64,000 nucleotides of DNA from an uncultured Pseudomonadales bacterium (GCA_964441155.1 CAYYKL010000001.1:88393-152392), one strand, 5' to 3'; shown: positions 1 to 10,621, counted from the stretch's first letter. The notes: generated by a model not told the origin, from the sequence alone. Made by a program: numbers and translations.

Positions 1-745
1 ACACGGCTTTCGCTGCTCCTAAGACCAAACTAAAAAAAGGATTGGCTCTGAAAAGTGCCCACAGACTACCAAGAAGCCCAAATTTATAATCTCGCTTACC
101 TATCCAAGAAGCTTGCAACGAAACATCGCTGGCTGTGGCAGGATTGTGGTGATAGACGATTGCATCATCTGCAGCAATCGCCTCGTGCTTTAATTTTTTT
201 GAAAGCGTCCAATCATCATTGTATCCCGTGTCATCAAATCCACCCACCGAATCAAATGCGCTTTTTTTAATGGCTCGAAACACTTTAGAAGTGTTTGGAT
301 GATTTGTTGGTAAACGCCGATTGGTTTTGCTACCCGTGTATTCATAATTCCAGCATCGAGCCCAAGGATTATCCCAATTACCCACCATTTCAGAGCGTGT
401 GAATGTGCCAAGCATGTTATCTTTTAGTATTGGCATGCACAATGCTTCAATATAGTTTTTATCGAGTACCATGTCGGCATCGACAAAGACCAATATTTCG
501 CCTTGTGACTTTGAAGCAGCCAAATTCCGAGCCTTGGCAGGTCCTGCATGAGACTGTTTAAATATTTGAATTCTCGAGTCTTTTTTTGAAAAACTTTCGA
601 TAATTTTCACTGTTGCATCGGTTGAGCCATCATCCACCACGATGCATTCCCAATCTTCACTTGTTTGCAATTGAACTGATTCTAAGCAAGAACCAATCGA
701 TGTTGCTTCGTTAAAGCAAGGAATAATGATGGTTATTTTATACAT
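1..745 (-). CDS. GT2 glycosyltransferase (3' end runs off window)
   Basis: Not in ORF track. Manual translation from ATG at 745 gives MYKITIIIPCFNEATSIGSCLESVQLQ..WECIVVDDGSTD..ARNLAA..ILVFVDADM, the GT-A/GT2 motifs including DxD. Confidence 0.9.
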   Translation of the reverse strand, partial: MYKITIIIPCFNEATSIGSCLESVQLQTSEDWECIVVDDGSTDATVKIIESFSKKDSRIQIFKQSHAGPAKARNLAASKSQGEILVFVDADMVLDKNYIEALCMPILKDNMLGTFTRSEMVGNWDNPWARCWNYEYTGSKTNRRLPTNHPNTSKVFRAIKKSAFDSVGGFDDTGYNDDWTLSKKLKHEAIAADDAIVYHHNPATASDVSLQASWIGKRDYKFGLLGSLWALFRANPFFSLVLGAAKAV

Positions 746-753
746 AATCGCGC

Positions 754-2046
754 TTAGGTAATCGGATCTAATTTATGAGCTCTCTTGCGCACCCACATAA
801 CCAATACAATTGTGGCAATCAAAACTACCAATCGAGAGATAAATCGGGCATATCCCGCGCCTTCAATACCGTAGTGAGGAATCAATAGCGCATTCAAGCC
901 AATCAAACTTATGGTTTGGAGTATGCCACTCAAGGCAAAATAGAGTGGAAATTCAATCGCATAAAATATGGCCACAAACGGTACGGTAGCCAGCACCACA
1001 AAACTAGAAGCTACTAGCCAATGAAGCGGTGTCAAAGCCTGAGCATATGCCTCACCAGCAGTCAGCATCAACAAAATTCGATTAAACGGCAAGCTTATGG
1101 CAATACCAAGCATTGCTGCAGCACTCATGGCAATCGCTTTATTGAGGTAGGTGCTTAAATGTCCTTGATGCGCATAGCGGGCAACCCTGGTATTAAGCAC
1201 TGCTCCTAATGAATACCCCATGACTGCGATAAGCAAACTTATGCGGCTGGCTGCTGCAAACAGTCCCGTTTCAAATTCATTTAAATACATCTTAACCATC
1301 AAGGTATCGACATGATCCACAACAGCCGCAGAGATGACGGCAATAGCTGTGAATTTAGTCATCGCTAGAATGAGCTTTTTGTCCTTCGCTTGAAGCTTGG
1401 ATCGACTGTTAAACCAGGATGGCAAAAACTTCCAAGCTGCAATTACCGATACCAGTGGGGCAAGTGTGTACATAAGATAGATAAAACTGACCGATTCAAT
1501 TTTTTTGACCATGAGCACACCCACAGTTGCCAATTTTAAAATCGATTGCAGAAAGGGCAATAGCGCAGCCTTAACAAATTCTAAAGATGATTGAAGCAAT
1601 ACTAAACCAAAATCATAGGCAATAATTACACCGCTAAAAGCGATGCTCACTTGGACAAGTAACGGCTCTTGAATCCCAAATACCCGCTTAGAAATTATTT
1701 GCCCAAATATAAGTCCAATCACGAAAAGTGCAATACCTATCAAAGCCTTTACTTTTGCAACGGCCACGATAATACTACTTGCCCTTTCATTTTCATGCTC
1801 GTGCAACTGAGACACGTATTTTTGCACCGCCATATTAAGACCAAAGTCACCAAAACGAGCCAAAAACAGCGTGAGTGAAAAAGCTACACTAAACAGGCCA
1901 AATTGCTCAGGTCCGAGTACTCGACTTAAAATGATAAGAGTTACGGCTGAAATCCCCGTGGCAAAAGTGTTAGCACCTACGGTAAGACCAGATTGTCGCA
2001 AGCCTTGAGATCCCAGAATAGATGAAACCCTTGAGTTAATTTTCAT
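754..2046 (-). CDS. wzx: Wzx-like oligosaccharide flippase (MOP superfamily)
   Basis: 430 aa polytopic protein; SRVLGPEQFGLFS, DFGLN, C-terminal LNALLIPHYGIEGA. Confidence 0.85.
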   Translation of the reverse strand: MKINSRVSSILGSQGLRQSGLTVGANTFATGISAVTLIILSRVLGPEQFGLFSVAFSLTLFLARFGDFGLNMAVQKYVSQLHEHENERASSIIVAVAKVKALIGIALFVIGLIFGQIISKRVFGIQEPLLVQVSIAFSGVIIAYDFGLVLLQSSLEFVKAALLPFLQSILKLATVGVLMVKKIESVSFIYLMYTLAPLVSVIAAWKFLPSWFNSRSKLQAKDKKLILAMTKFTAIAVISAAVVDHVDTLMVKMYLNEFETGLFAAASRISLLIAVMGYSLGAVLNTRVARYAHQGHLSTYLNKAIAMSAAAMLGIAISLPFNRILLMLTAGEAYAQALTPLHWLVASSFVVLATVPFVAIFYAIEFPLYFALSGILQTISLIGLNALLIPHYGIEGAGYARFISRLVVLIATIVLVMWVRKRAHKLDPIT

Positions 2047-2082
2047 TAAAGCATGCCTATAAAACTACTTTAAACTATATTA

Positions 2083-3561
2083 TTAACGAAAATAAATGTG
2101 CTCAAGCGAAGTGAATTCATCTGGAACAAATGTTGGAGGCTCATACCCCTTGATTATAGCTTGATGATCACCTGGTTGTCGCTTTACTATTGCATCTTCG
2201 TCAACGAAAAGCATATTTCTATCAGCATAGTAAAGCAAAAACTTGCCGTAGATCATGGCGTAAGGGTACGAGTAGGTAGTGATAAGTTCATCTGGATCAG
2301 TTAATTCTTTAATTTCATTTCCCACATCATAACCAGTTTTATGCATTGAGCTCTGCTGCAGCACGCTCACAAACTCTTGTCGCTCTAGCAACCCCCATCC
2401 GGACAATAACACTCCAACAAGTAATGTTAGGATCGGAATTTGCTTTCTTATGAAAAGCTTTTGCAATAACCCGATGCCCGTGACTGCAGCTAATGCAATT
2501 CCCGGTCCAGCATAAAAAATCATATATTCGTGAATAAAAGCGGCGTTGCGAAAAATAAGCGCGTGAGCAAATCCATAAAAAAGCAATCCCGAAACCAGGA
2601 GCCATTTTTTTTCTTTAATAATTTTTTCTCTTTGCAGAACTGTGAATAAAACAAGGATAAATATGAAGATTATCAGGAGCACGATTTGAATTCTAGTGAA
2701 GTAGACCAATGCCCATCGAAATTCGTGAACTAGGAATTTTAGGAACGCCAACTGAGTGCCTTCCTCAACTGCAGTCAAGGTTTGAAGTCGCATTGCTAAA
2801 ATTCTGGCTAATCCACCCCCAAAAGCTGAACCGGTTAAAACGAAATTATGAATTAAATGCAGTCCAAATAGTCCAATTTGAGATATCCACAGAGGGGTAA
2901 AACTTTTTAGATCTGCTTTTTTTTGCCACAGCCCATCCATCAAGAACAAAATGGGAGAAAGATAATAGCCAGGCCATCCCAACAAACATAAAAAGATGTT
3001 GCTTGCAAAAAACCATCTCCATCGCAATCTACCCTCTCTCCATCTCAAGAAGGATACCAGCACGAATAATGCAGCTGCCAAAATAATAGGCTCATGCACG
3101 GGCATATTAGCAAAATAACGAAACATTGGAGTGACTATTAACAGAAGGGATGCGGCAACCCCTGAAAACTTGCCCAAATAAACTTCTCCTAAATAGATGG
3201 TTAAGCCGACGGTTAGCAGACTAAAAAGAATAGGAACTAATCTCAGCGACCACTCTTGTTGCCCAAAAATTTTGACACTCAGTGCGAGTAATAATGGCAT
3301 GACAACTGGATGATGCGTGTTGAAAGAAAACTGGGACGTAGCTAAATAGCCCGCATTTTCAGCTTGACCAAACTTTGTAGCCAAAAGTCCGTAGCGGACA
3401 TAGTTTCGAGCAATATTTCCATACTGCACTCCGTTCCAATCATGATGTCCAACAAATGGTTTATTGATGGTCTGCGTTAAAAAATAACCGGCCACTAACA
3501 TTACCAGTATCGCTAGAAAGTTGGTCATTGGGGAGTATTTAGGTGATATCTTTTGAAACAT
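2083..3561 (-). CDS. GT-C fold membrane glycosyltransferase (ArnT/PMT_2-like)
   Basis: Multi-TM; first loop HHDWNG..ARNY, HHP, FG..EWSLRLVP typical of ArnT/PMT-like enzymes. Confidence 0.8.
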   Translation of the reverse strand: MFQKISPKYSPMTNFLAILVMLVAGYFLTQTINKPFVGHHDWNGVQYGNIARNYVRYGLLATKFGQAENAGYLATSQFSFNTHHPVVMPLLLALSVKIFGQQEWSLRLVPILFSLLTVGLTIYLGEVYLGKFSGVAASLLLIVTPMFRYFANMPVHEPIILAAALFVLVSFLRWREGRLRWRWFFASNIFLCLLGWPGYYLSPILFLMDGLWQKKADLKSFTPLWISQIGLFGLHLIHNFVLTGSAFGGGLARILAMRLQTLTAVEEGTQLAFLKFLVHEFRWALVYFTRIQIVLLIIFIFILVLFTVLQREKIIKEKKWLLVSGLLFYGFAHALIFRNAAFIHEYMIFYAGPGIALAAVTGIGLLQKLFIRKQIPILTLLVGVLLSGWGLLERQEFVSVLQQSSMHKTGYDVGNEIKELTDPDELITTYSYPYAMIYGKFLLYYADRNMLFVDEDAIVKRQPGDHQAIIKGYEPPTFVPDEFTSLEHIYFR

Positions 3562-3590
3562 GAAAACTCTGATTTAAGCCAAGAATGAGA

Positions 3591-4679
3591 CTAAATTATT
3601 GAGTGGAGCAGTTCTTTATATTTATTGGCAATCCTATCTTCACTATACCGCTTCAGATTACTCACAGACAATGCCTGATCATATGAAGAACTTGACTTTG
3701 CAATTAATGCTGCAAATTCCTCTACCTTGCTCGGATTAACGTATGTCGCTGAATCTCCCAAAATATAGCGACGAGATGGGTCATCTGTGGTTACAATTGG
3801 CAATCCACATGCCTGGGCTTCCAACAATACCATCCCAAATGCTTCTTGGGTTTCGCTCGTCAATACAAACACATCACTCGCTCGATAATGCGAAGCAATT
3901 GATTCATGTGACACTTCAATTATTTGAAATCGATCACCTAGCAATTCATCCGCTAATTGTTGCAAATGTTGCCGCTCTTCTCCTTGTCCAATAACTAGCA
4001 GTGACCACTCGGGTAACAGCGCGACAGCTCGGATCACCGCATCAATCCGCTTATATTTTGTCAAAGCAGCAACAGTCAAAACCACAGGTTTTTTAAGTGA
4101 TATTTGAGCAGGCACAATCGACTCATTAAACATATTTGTGTCAATGGGTAACGGAATGGTAACGATTTTTGTTTTTGGTTGAATCTTGCTCGCCCACTCG
4201 TGCATCGGTTCGGTCAGCGCAACAAAAAAATCGGGCTTAAGTTTCAGGTTTTGCGCATCTGTCCAACCAATTCCAGCCAAACCAATCACCATAATTCTAA
4301 ACGATTTGAATAATTGAAGTACTTTGCAGATTAGAATTTCCCAGAAACCATCAACGGGAATGAAGAGATTATAGTTATCCTTAGAGAGGTAAGGCAGAGC
4401 TCTGAGTGAAAAAGCAAGTGTGCCAATTCCACGTTTGTTTATATTTAATCTCTCTAATATTTTTCCGACTGTGGTAACTGGCTTGTGAGCTGAAGGTTTC
4501 AGTGGCAATGCAAGGCGTATAGTTTTATAAAGATTAGAATTATCTTTATTTGACTCTCCTGCTTGAAAAACGGTCACTTCGTGGTTTAAGTTGCAAAATA
4601 TTTTGGCAAGAGAATACGCAGCCGTTTCTGCACCGCGCTCGACCACCCCCCCACTTAATAAAAGAATGGCTATTTTCAT
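3591..4679 (-). CDS. GT4 glycosyltransferase
   Basis: KYKRID, SDVFVLTS..EAFGMVLLEAQACGLPIV (E-x7-E). Confidence 0.92.
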   Translation of the reverse strand: MKIAILLLSGGVVERGAETAAYSLAKIFCNLNHEVTVFQAGESNKDNSNLYKTIRLALPLKPSAHKPVTTVGKILERLNINKRGIGTLAFSLRALPYLSKDNYNLFIPVDGFWEILICKVLQLFKSFRIMVIGLAGIGWTDAQNLKLKPDFFVALTEPMHEWASKIQPKTKIVTIPLPIDTNMFNESIVPAQISLKKPVVLTVAALTKYKRIDAVIRAVALLPEWSLLVIGQGEERQHLQQLADELLGDRFQIIEVSHESIASHYRASDVFVLTSETQEAFGMVLLEAQACGLPIVTTDDPSRRYILGDSATYVNPSKVEEFAALIAKSSSSYDQALSVSNLKRYSEDRIANKYKELLHSII

Positions 4680-5494
4680 AAGAATTTTCTTTTTATTATT
4701 TTTAATGGAGTAAGTACAGCTGCCGAAAACGCATATGACATACTCCTATGCTGCAGAGGATCGGGGATCATTGGTGGTCTTTTTGAATAAAAAACTTCGG
4801 GCAAACTCGAAGCAGGCAATTTTTTACCCCACTCTTGTTTGAATTTATCTCGATGAAATGTATCAGCAAGTGTTGCTCCCAAAGACGATCGTTTGAGATA
4901 CGTCGCATGAAGATACCGATTAGAGGTGACGGCGAACATATCAGGAGCGTATAACAATAATGCCTTGCCATTCGAATCATAAAATCCTTCATTGGGATAT
5001 TCGCCTTTAAGCATGAGACCCGGAGATGTTGTTCTAATGAGTCTAGGTGAGTAATGCGCTATATGTCCAAAAATATTGTAGCCACCAACCGTTTCATTTG
5101 ATTGATAATGAAACATGTCTCCAAGCATGTCGTGGCGACGAACGAGCACTCCGACCAAATCAGTATTGCTAAATATAATTTCGTGAATTTCTGAACACGT
5201 TTTTTCAGGATATATTTCATCTGCATCTATCATCCATAACCAATCTGTTTTTGTTTGATCAAGTTGTTGTTGTCTTAGTGTAACTATTTCAGCTGGAGTC
5301 TTAGCGTTTGTTTGACGAAATTCAATTTTTGGATTTTTAAATGATTGAATAATTGGAATTGTTTGGTCACTTGATCCTGTATCGCTAATGAGAAACCGAT
5401 CAACGTGCTTCAAAGTTGATTGAATGGCAAACCACACCCATTGGTCATCGTTTTTGACAATCATATGGGCAGTGATGCTGGGTCTAGTTTTCAT
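4676..5494 (-). CDS. GT2 glycosyltransferase
   Basis: MIVKN, DTGSSDQT, WMIDADE (DxD); ATGA overlap with next gene. Confidence 0.88.
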   Translation of the reverse strand: MKTRPSITAHMIVKNDDQWVWFAIQSTLKHVDRFLISDTGSSDQTIPIIQSFKNPKIEFRQTNAKTPAEIVTLRQQQLDQTKTDWLWMIDADEIYPEKTCSEIHEIIFSNTDLVGVLVRRHDMLGDMFHYQSNETVGGYNIFGHIAHYSPRLIRTTSPGLMLKGEYPNEGFYDSNGKALLLYAPDMFAVTSNRYLHATYLKRSSLGATLADTFHRDKFKQEWGKKLPASSLPEVFYSKRPPMIPDPLQHRSMSYAFSAAVLTPLKIIKRKFL

Positions 5495-5503
5495 AAGACG
5501 TGC

Positions 5504-7108
5504 TTAATTACTTTTATATAATCGAATGCGCTCGCTGCCACTTGAGTAAAGCAGGTTTGCCTCATTTACATAGTCAGGAGCTTGAGCTTCGTAAACCAAC
5601 ACATGCGTCGCTTCATCCAGATTACCATAACTTGCATGCTGAACTTTAAATGGCGCGTAATAGAGATTTGCTCTGCCTACCACATGAACCAAGTCTGAAT
5701 CGGAAACAAAGCTTGCCAACTCTTTATTGGTATCCAAAATATTGGTTTTCAAATTTAAATTTTTTGCTAAATACGCTTGCTTTGATTGCTTTCCAAGTAG
5801 CACGGGAAGTACTTTTTCATTTAGTTTAATTCGAACCAGCAGGTTAAAGCTCGCAATAATTACAACTAAGGCAAAAAGTCCTTTTTGCATCCATGGCATG
5901 GATAAAGATTTTGATTCTACTGAAAACACGCTGCTCACGACTATCGCCCAAATCGGTATATAAGGTAGCAAGAAACGCGTGCCCCCCGTACGCGGCAACA
6001 ATAACCAAACCCCAAAAGTAAAAAGTGCGTAAAGCGACAAAAAACTGAATAGCTTGTTCTTTCTCATAAGGATAAATGATATGGGCAGCAATACTACAAA
6101 TAAGGGAGATATAGCTTGATCCCATAAGCTTTTGTCTAAACTCAAAAATATCGGAGATTGCACCCATTGCCATACACTTTCAGGGTTTGGAGCATACGAG
6201 TTATCGATAAACTTAGTGAACAATGGATAGACAGGATTTCCTGTGTAGTAAAACGCCCGTGCAAACCAAGCAAACGATGTTATTAATATTCCAAGTATAA
6301 ATAGTCCAATTGATTTTAGTTTATTCGATTTATTGGCATAGATAATGATCAAGATCCCCATAACCCCGATACTTGCGACGCTTAAATATTTTGTGGAGAG
6401 AGCCAGTCCCATCACCATGCCGGCTTTAAAAAGTTTCTCAATTGATGGTTTTTCCCACCAACGCACGAACAAGTAGACGCCAACAAGCTCAAAAAAACTC
6501 CGTCCTAAATCTATGTTTGCGGTTGAGCTCGACCAGCTAAAGCTGAGGTCAACTATCACCATGAGCGTTGCAATCAAGGTAGCTTTAATACCCCAGCGCG
6601 GCCAGCTTAGAAGTATAACTACTATCAGAGTCAATAATCCAAATCCCAAATGAATAAGCTTTGCCCCAATTTCATTGCCAAAAACGAGTGCAGGGATAAA
6701 TAGCATTTCAATAAGTTGCGGCATGCCACTGTAATAAAAAGTGTCCCCAGGAAAAAACTCCAACCTCCCTGACTGCAGATATAGCTTTGGCAGGGTTAGG
6801 TGATACCACAGCGCGTCATGTTGCAACTCAGGACCCAAAGCACCGATTAACAGAATCACAAAACCACAACCAATCAAGCCGATAATCACCCACCACCAGG
6901 ACTCCTTTTTAAGCAATGCTCGCAAGTCATTCCCTAGGCGCTCAAGTGTTTGATGAATTAGTTTTTTTCGCGTAAAAGCCAACCAGAAACCGATTAGCCA
7001 CCAAATAATAGTGGTAATGAGTATGGGTGTGAAAGCTAATCTCTGGAACAGGCCGAGAGCAAAAATCGCGTATGCATAGCTGCCAATATAGGCGGCCAGA
7101 GCAAACAT
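5504..7108 (-). CDS. GT-C-like polytopic membrane glycosyltransferase
   Basis: HDALWYHLTLPKLY loop, GLALSTKY, YTGNPVYP, RFLLP; ATG 7108 preceded by GGGAG (track start GTG 7123). Confidence 0.75.
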   Translation of the reverse strand: MFALAAYIGSYAYAIFALGLFQRLAFTPILITTIIWWLIGFWLAFTRKKLIHQTLERLGNDLRALLKKESWWWVIIGLIGCGFVILLIGALGPELQHDALWYHLTLPKLYLQSGRLEFFPGDTFYYSGMPQLIEMLFIPALVFGNEIGAKLIHLGFGLLTLIVVILLSWPRWGIKATLIATLMVIVDLSFSWSSSTANIDLGRSFFELVGVYLFVRWWEKPSIEKLFKAGMVMGLALSTKYLSVASIGVMGILIIIYANKSNKLKSIGLFILGILITSFAWFARAFYYTGNPVYPLFTKFIDNSYAPNPESVWQWVQSPIFLSLDKSLWDQAISPLFVVLLPISFILMRKNKLFSFLSLYALFTFGVWLLLPRTGGTRFLLPYIPIWAIVVSSVFSVESKSLSMPWMQKGLFALVVIIASFNLLVRIKLNEKVLPVLLGKQSKQAYLAKNLNLKTNILDTNKELASFVSDSDLVHVVGRANLYYAPFKVQHASYGNLDEATHVLVYEAQAPDYVNEANLLYSSGSERIRLYKSN

Positions 7109-7110
7109 GC

Positions 7111-7281
7111 TTAACTCCCACACTTAAGCAATACCGGACAAAGAATCGACTTCATGTAAAAGGCGCTGTATAGCACGCTTGCCGTAAACCATAGTACGAT
7201 ACCTATGACTTCTAACCATTTACTGTTTATGGATGAGCGATATGGTGCATCGAATTTTATTAGGCGTAGCAGTTTGCGCAT
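7111..7281 (-). CDS. Putative 56-aa single-TM protein
   Basis: MRKLLRL..WLEVIGIVLWFTASVLYSAFYM..LKCGS; stop lies 2 nt before the downstream ATG (7108), but it overlaps the divergent gene start. Confidence 0.35.
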   Translation of the reverse strand: MRKLLRLIKFDAPYRSSINSKWLEVIGIVLWFTASVLYSAFYMKSILCPVLLKCGS

Positions 7282-8462
7282 GGATACTACTTTTAATCCT
7301 TCAAATTCACAATAGCACGCACTACCCAACCCGTAAAAGCTTTGATGCCGCGGGGCATATCGAATATCTAAATCTACTTAAAACAAACTTTCGCGTTCCC
7401 CTTGCCAACGAAGGCTGGGAACTATATCAGCCGCCTCTGTATTATGGTCTACACTATTGGCTTCCCAACCTTAAACTAGTTCAATTTGCTGGAGTGATCT
7501 GGTGGGTGGCAATAAGCGCGCTTGCCTTGACAACCTTCAGATTGCTTTTCAAAGATACATTATTTGCAATTAGCGGAGCGTTGTTTGTCGCTAGCTTACC
7601 GGTTATCGTGTACCTAACCCCAGCCATTGGTAATGAGTTTTTCTCGACACTACTTATAAGCTTGGGACTCTTCCTTTACTTGCGATTTAAAAAGCATCCA
7701 AGCACCAAGAGCATGCTCGTATTAAGCATCGTTCTGGGCTTAGCTCTTCTAGCCAAAGCAACTGCCCTCGTGCTCGTGGCTGCGATAGCGATAGACGTTT
7801 TATATTTGACGATAAAAAAAAGCCCAGCACATAGCTTGAAACTATTAATCACCATTTTGTGCATCGCCGCGAGCATTGGTGGCTGGTTTTATGTACGAAA
7901 CTTTTTGGCCTTTGGCAATCCATTTCAATCCTCCATTGATTTCCCGCAATTTCACATTGTTCAAGAACCTGGTTATCGAGATCTCGGATTTTTCACCGAT
8001 CTGAGTGGTTTTTGGAATATGGATCTGTTTCGCGCGCACTGGTATTCACTCATTCCAGGAACTTACTTTAGTTTCTTCTACGACGGTCACAATGCGGTCA
8101 TTCCGGTACAGTCATATTCTTTGGCAGGAATCTTGCTCGTACTGGCATCGGTACCTTTTGTGGCATTAATCGGCATAGGATTTGTGCGAAGTGTTAAAAA
8201 TTTTAGAAAAGAAGAGGCAAGGGTGTTTGTAATCTATGTAGTTTTACTATTAGCAGCATATATTGCCTACAATTTTAAGTTGCCCTTTTATTCCACCGTC
8301 AAAGGCGCTTTTATTGCAAGTCTGGCTCTGCCTTTAGGATACTTTATGCTTAAGTCCTTGCGTCAATTTCCCCAAATGATTCAGCAGTTATTTGTGGTGT
8401 ATCAATGTGCCTACGTCGTGCTCATTATCAAAAACTTTTGGATTCTGCCTCATTGGTTTTGA
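7233..8462 (+). CDS. GT-C-like membrane glycosyltransferase
   Basis: FDAAGHIEY, YQPPLYY, GLALLAKAT, WFYVRN..FGNPF; many TM helices. Confidence 0.75.
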   Translation: MSDMVHRILLGVAVCAWILLLILQIHNSTHYPTRKSFDAAGHIEYLNLLKTNFRVPLANEGWELYQPPLYYGLHYWLPNLKLVQFAGVIWWVAISALALTTFRLLFKDTLFAISGALFVASLPVIVYLTPAIGNEFFSTLLISLGLFLYLRFKKHPSTKSMLVLSIVLGLALLAKATALVLVAAIAIDVLYLTIKKSPAHSLKLLITILCIAASIGGWFYVRNFLAFGNPFQSSIDFPQFHIVQEPGYRDLGFFTDLSGFWNMDLFRAHWYSLIPGTYFSFFYDGHNAVIPVQSYSLAGILLVLASVPFVALIGIGFVRSVKNFRKEEARVFVIYVVLLLAAYIAYNFKLPFYSTVKGAFIASLALPLGYFMLKSLRQFPQMIQQLFVVYQCAYVVLIIKNFWILPHWF

Positions 8463-9900
8463 TAGTGATTTTTTCTGCCTCAAAGTTTGCCGTCACACGC
8501 GCACTTCCTTGATCGACTGGTTTATTATTTTCATCATAGAGCCAACCAATAATGGAATCGACATAGCTGGACGCAGGCGCGTGGTCAGCCTGATGCAATA
8601 GATATATGAGCCCATAGCCGCTACAACTGTCTCCCGTTTCATGCAGGGAGTAGTTTCTTGGGTTGGTTTGGGCAATGACTTGCGACACAGCCTTATTTTT
8701 AACTTGAAGACCATAAGGGTGTTTGAGGAAAAGTAATTGCCAGAGATTTGCTAAAAAGAGAACACTTAACAAGGCAATTGTCACCCTAAAGTGAATTCTC
8801 TTGCCTAATGCATCCAATCCAAAAGCAATTAGCCCAAGTGCGGGGACAACTAATGAAAAGGCATAATATTCCTGAATACGACCTGGGTACAGTAGCAGGC
8901 TCGCTAAACCAAAAAGCGCACCAACAACAAGCAGTTGAATGGAACGGTTTCTAAACGCTTTCGCGACAAACACACTGCTTGCTAAGGCCACCGCAAATCC
9001 ATACCAATGAAAACCATTTTTTAAAGCCTGCGCGCATGTCGCAAGTTCTGCAGAAATGTTTGTGCTTGATAATTTCATGAGCAACAACTTAGCAGGCAGC
9101 GTGAAGGGGAATCCCCAATAATATGGTGTCTCCGGTGATTCGAGGTTTTTTGCCCCTTGAACCAGTGCTTCAAATGCCCTCACTTGGAGCCAGTCGTGCC
9201 GCAACTCGAACACAAATAGCGAAAGCAAAAGGAGCATCATGGATATCACTAACCCTATCCATTCCCGTACCGACAGCTTGGTAGTAAAGTGCAACCAAAT
9301 AAAAACAAATGGGATCAGCCAGAGCAAACTCAAATTTATGTGAAAGAGTAATCCTAAACATGTTCCTATTAACACCGCATATTTCAGTCGAGAATGCTTG
9401 AAACTCTTTAATTCTTTTTGACTGAGCTTATGAAGTGCCATAAAAATGAGCGCGATTACAAATGTCATTGGTGTGGGGTTAAAAAATTTCCTTTCAAGTA
9501 AAGCAAGTGGCAACGACGCTGCATGCAATAAGCTCATAATTAAGCCAACTCTTTTAGAAAAGAGTGTTGTGCCCAGCCAAAACATCACATAAGTCGTGAG
9601 CAAACCAAATGTCGAAGCAAACACCGCACCAGCCACTGCTTGGTTATTAAATAGCACAAAAAATGGCGCCGCAGCATAGAAATATAACGGTCCCAAGTAA
9701 AGTCCCGTGCCTGCTGCATTCACCCCAATTGCCGGAAAGTGTTTGCCCGTAGATATCCGTTGAACATGAAAGGCAATCACTTCTTCGTCGAGGGAAAAAT
9801 TAAAGAGACTTGAAAGATTATAAAACCTGAAGAAAAAGCTTATTCCCAATACGAGCGCGAGCAAACCAAGATGTCTATTTTTCTTTAGAAAGTTGTTCAT
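8428..9900 (-). CDS. GT-C fold glycosyltransferase (ArnT/PMT_2-like)
   Basis: FFRFYNL..FSLDEE (DE motif), LYLGPLYFY; likely ATG 9900 (track 9936). Confidence 0.8.
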   Translation of the reverse strand: MNNFLKKNRHLGLLALVLGISFFFRFYNLSSLFNFSLDEEVIAFHVQRISTGKHFPAIGVNAAGTGLYLGPLYFYAAAPFFVLFNNQAVAGAVFASTFGLLTTYVMFWLGTTLFSKRVGLIMSLLHAASLPLALLERKFFNPTPMTFVIALIFMALHKLSQKELKSFKHSRLKYAVLIGTCLGLLFHINLSLLWLIPFVFIWLHFTTKLSVREWIGLVISMMLLLLSLFVFELRHDWLQVRAFEALVQGAKNLESPETPYYWGFPFTLPAKLLLMKLSSTNISAELATCAQALKNGFHWYGFAVALASSVFVAKAFRNRSIQLLVVGALFGLASLLLYPGRIQEYYAFSLVVPALGLIAFGLDALGKRIHFRVTIALLSVLFLANLWQLLFLKHPYGLQVKNKAVSQVIAQTNPRNYSLHETGDSCSGYGLIYLLHQADHAPASSYVDSIIGWLYDENNKPVDQGSARVTANFEAEKITIKTNEAESKSF

Positions 9901-10621
9901 TAAACTCCAACATAAATTGAAAAGACTGCTCATCAAACGCCTCGGACAAAATTTTCAAATTCGGAATAACGCAGTGACCCCCAATAGGCCCTTCGATATA
10001 CTTTAAAATCGGCCGCCTGACATGGGGCAAGCTTTGGGCATAACCTTCGTTATAAACCTCTGAAAACCGCGTATACACTTGTTCGAAATTTGTATTCGTT
10101 TTCTCGGTTAACTTTTTAACCATTTTATTAAAAACAATATTCCAGCCATAATAAGTGGTGCACAAGAGCTTAGCCAATTCTGAATCTTCCGGAGAATCAA
10201 ATCTGGCAATTTTTGGTGCCCCCAAATCTAACCAGTGCGCCTTGGCAAGCTTAAAAGCAACATCGTCCATCGCTCCGATAACTTTAGTAAAGTGGGTTTG
10301 ATACTTCGCTAAGTGTGGATGAACGCCCATGATGGGGGAATGAATACATAAAGTTTTTGTGACTGCTGCAACTTGCCTGGTTGTTCCTGGAGCGACCGTT
10401 GAGTTAATAATTATTAGCTTTGGTTTCGCGAGTTTGGTCGCAGCCTCAATCGATGCAATAAAACTTTCATTGAACGGGATGCATACATGCAAAATATCGA
10501 GGTCATTATTTTGAATGGTGTCGTGATCGAGGTCTTTAGTGAGAATAGTATATTTGCCTTGAGCCAGTTCACTCACTGCCCTGCCCACTTCCCCCATGCC
10601 CAATATGCCAATCGTTTGCAT
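9875..10621 (-). CDS. Short UDP-glucose/GDP-mannose dehydrogenase family protein lacking the C-terminal domain
   Basis: GMGEVG Rossmann motif, NSTVAPGTT, SELAKL (catalytic Lys), GGHCV (catalytic Cys); only 248 aa. Confidence 0.8.
   Translation of the reverse strand: MQTIGILGMGEVGRAVSELAQGKYTILTKDLDHDTIQNNDLDILHVCIPFNESFIASIEAATKLAKPKLIIINSTVAPGTTRQVAAVTKTLCIHSPIMGVHPHLAKYQTHFTKVIGAMDDVAFKLAKAHWLDLGAPKIARFDSPEDSELAKLLCTTYYGWNIVFNKMVKKLTEKTNTNFEQVYTRFSEVYNEGYAQSLPHVRRPILKYIEGPIGGHCVIPNLKILSEAFDEQSFQFMLEFNEQLSKEK

Noticed and set aside
55-411. Track ORFs 55-270(+) and 190-411(-)
   Set aside because: Both lie within the real GT2 frame 745 to <1, which the track missed because its stop is outside the window
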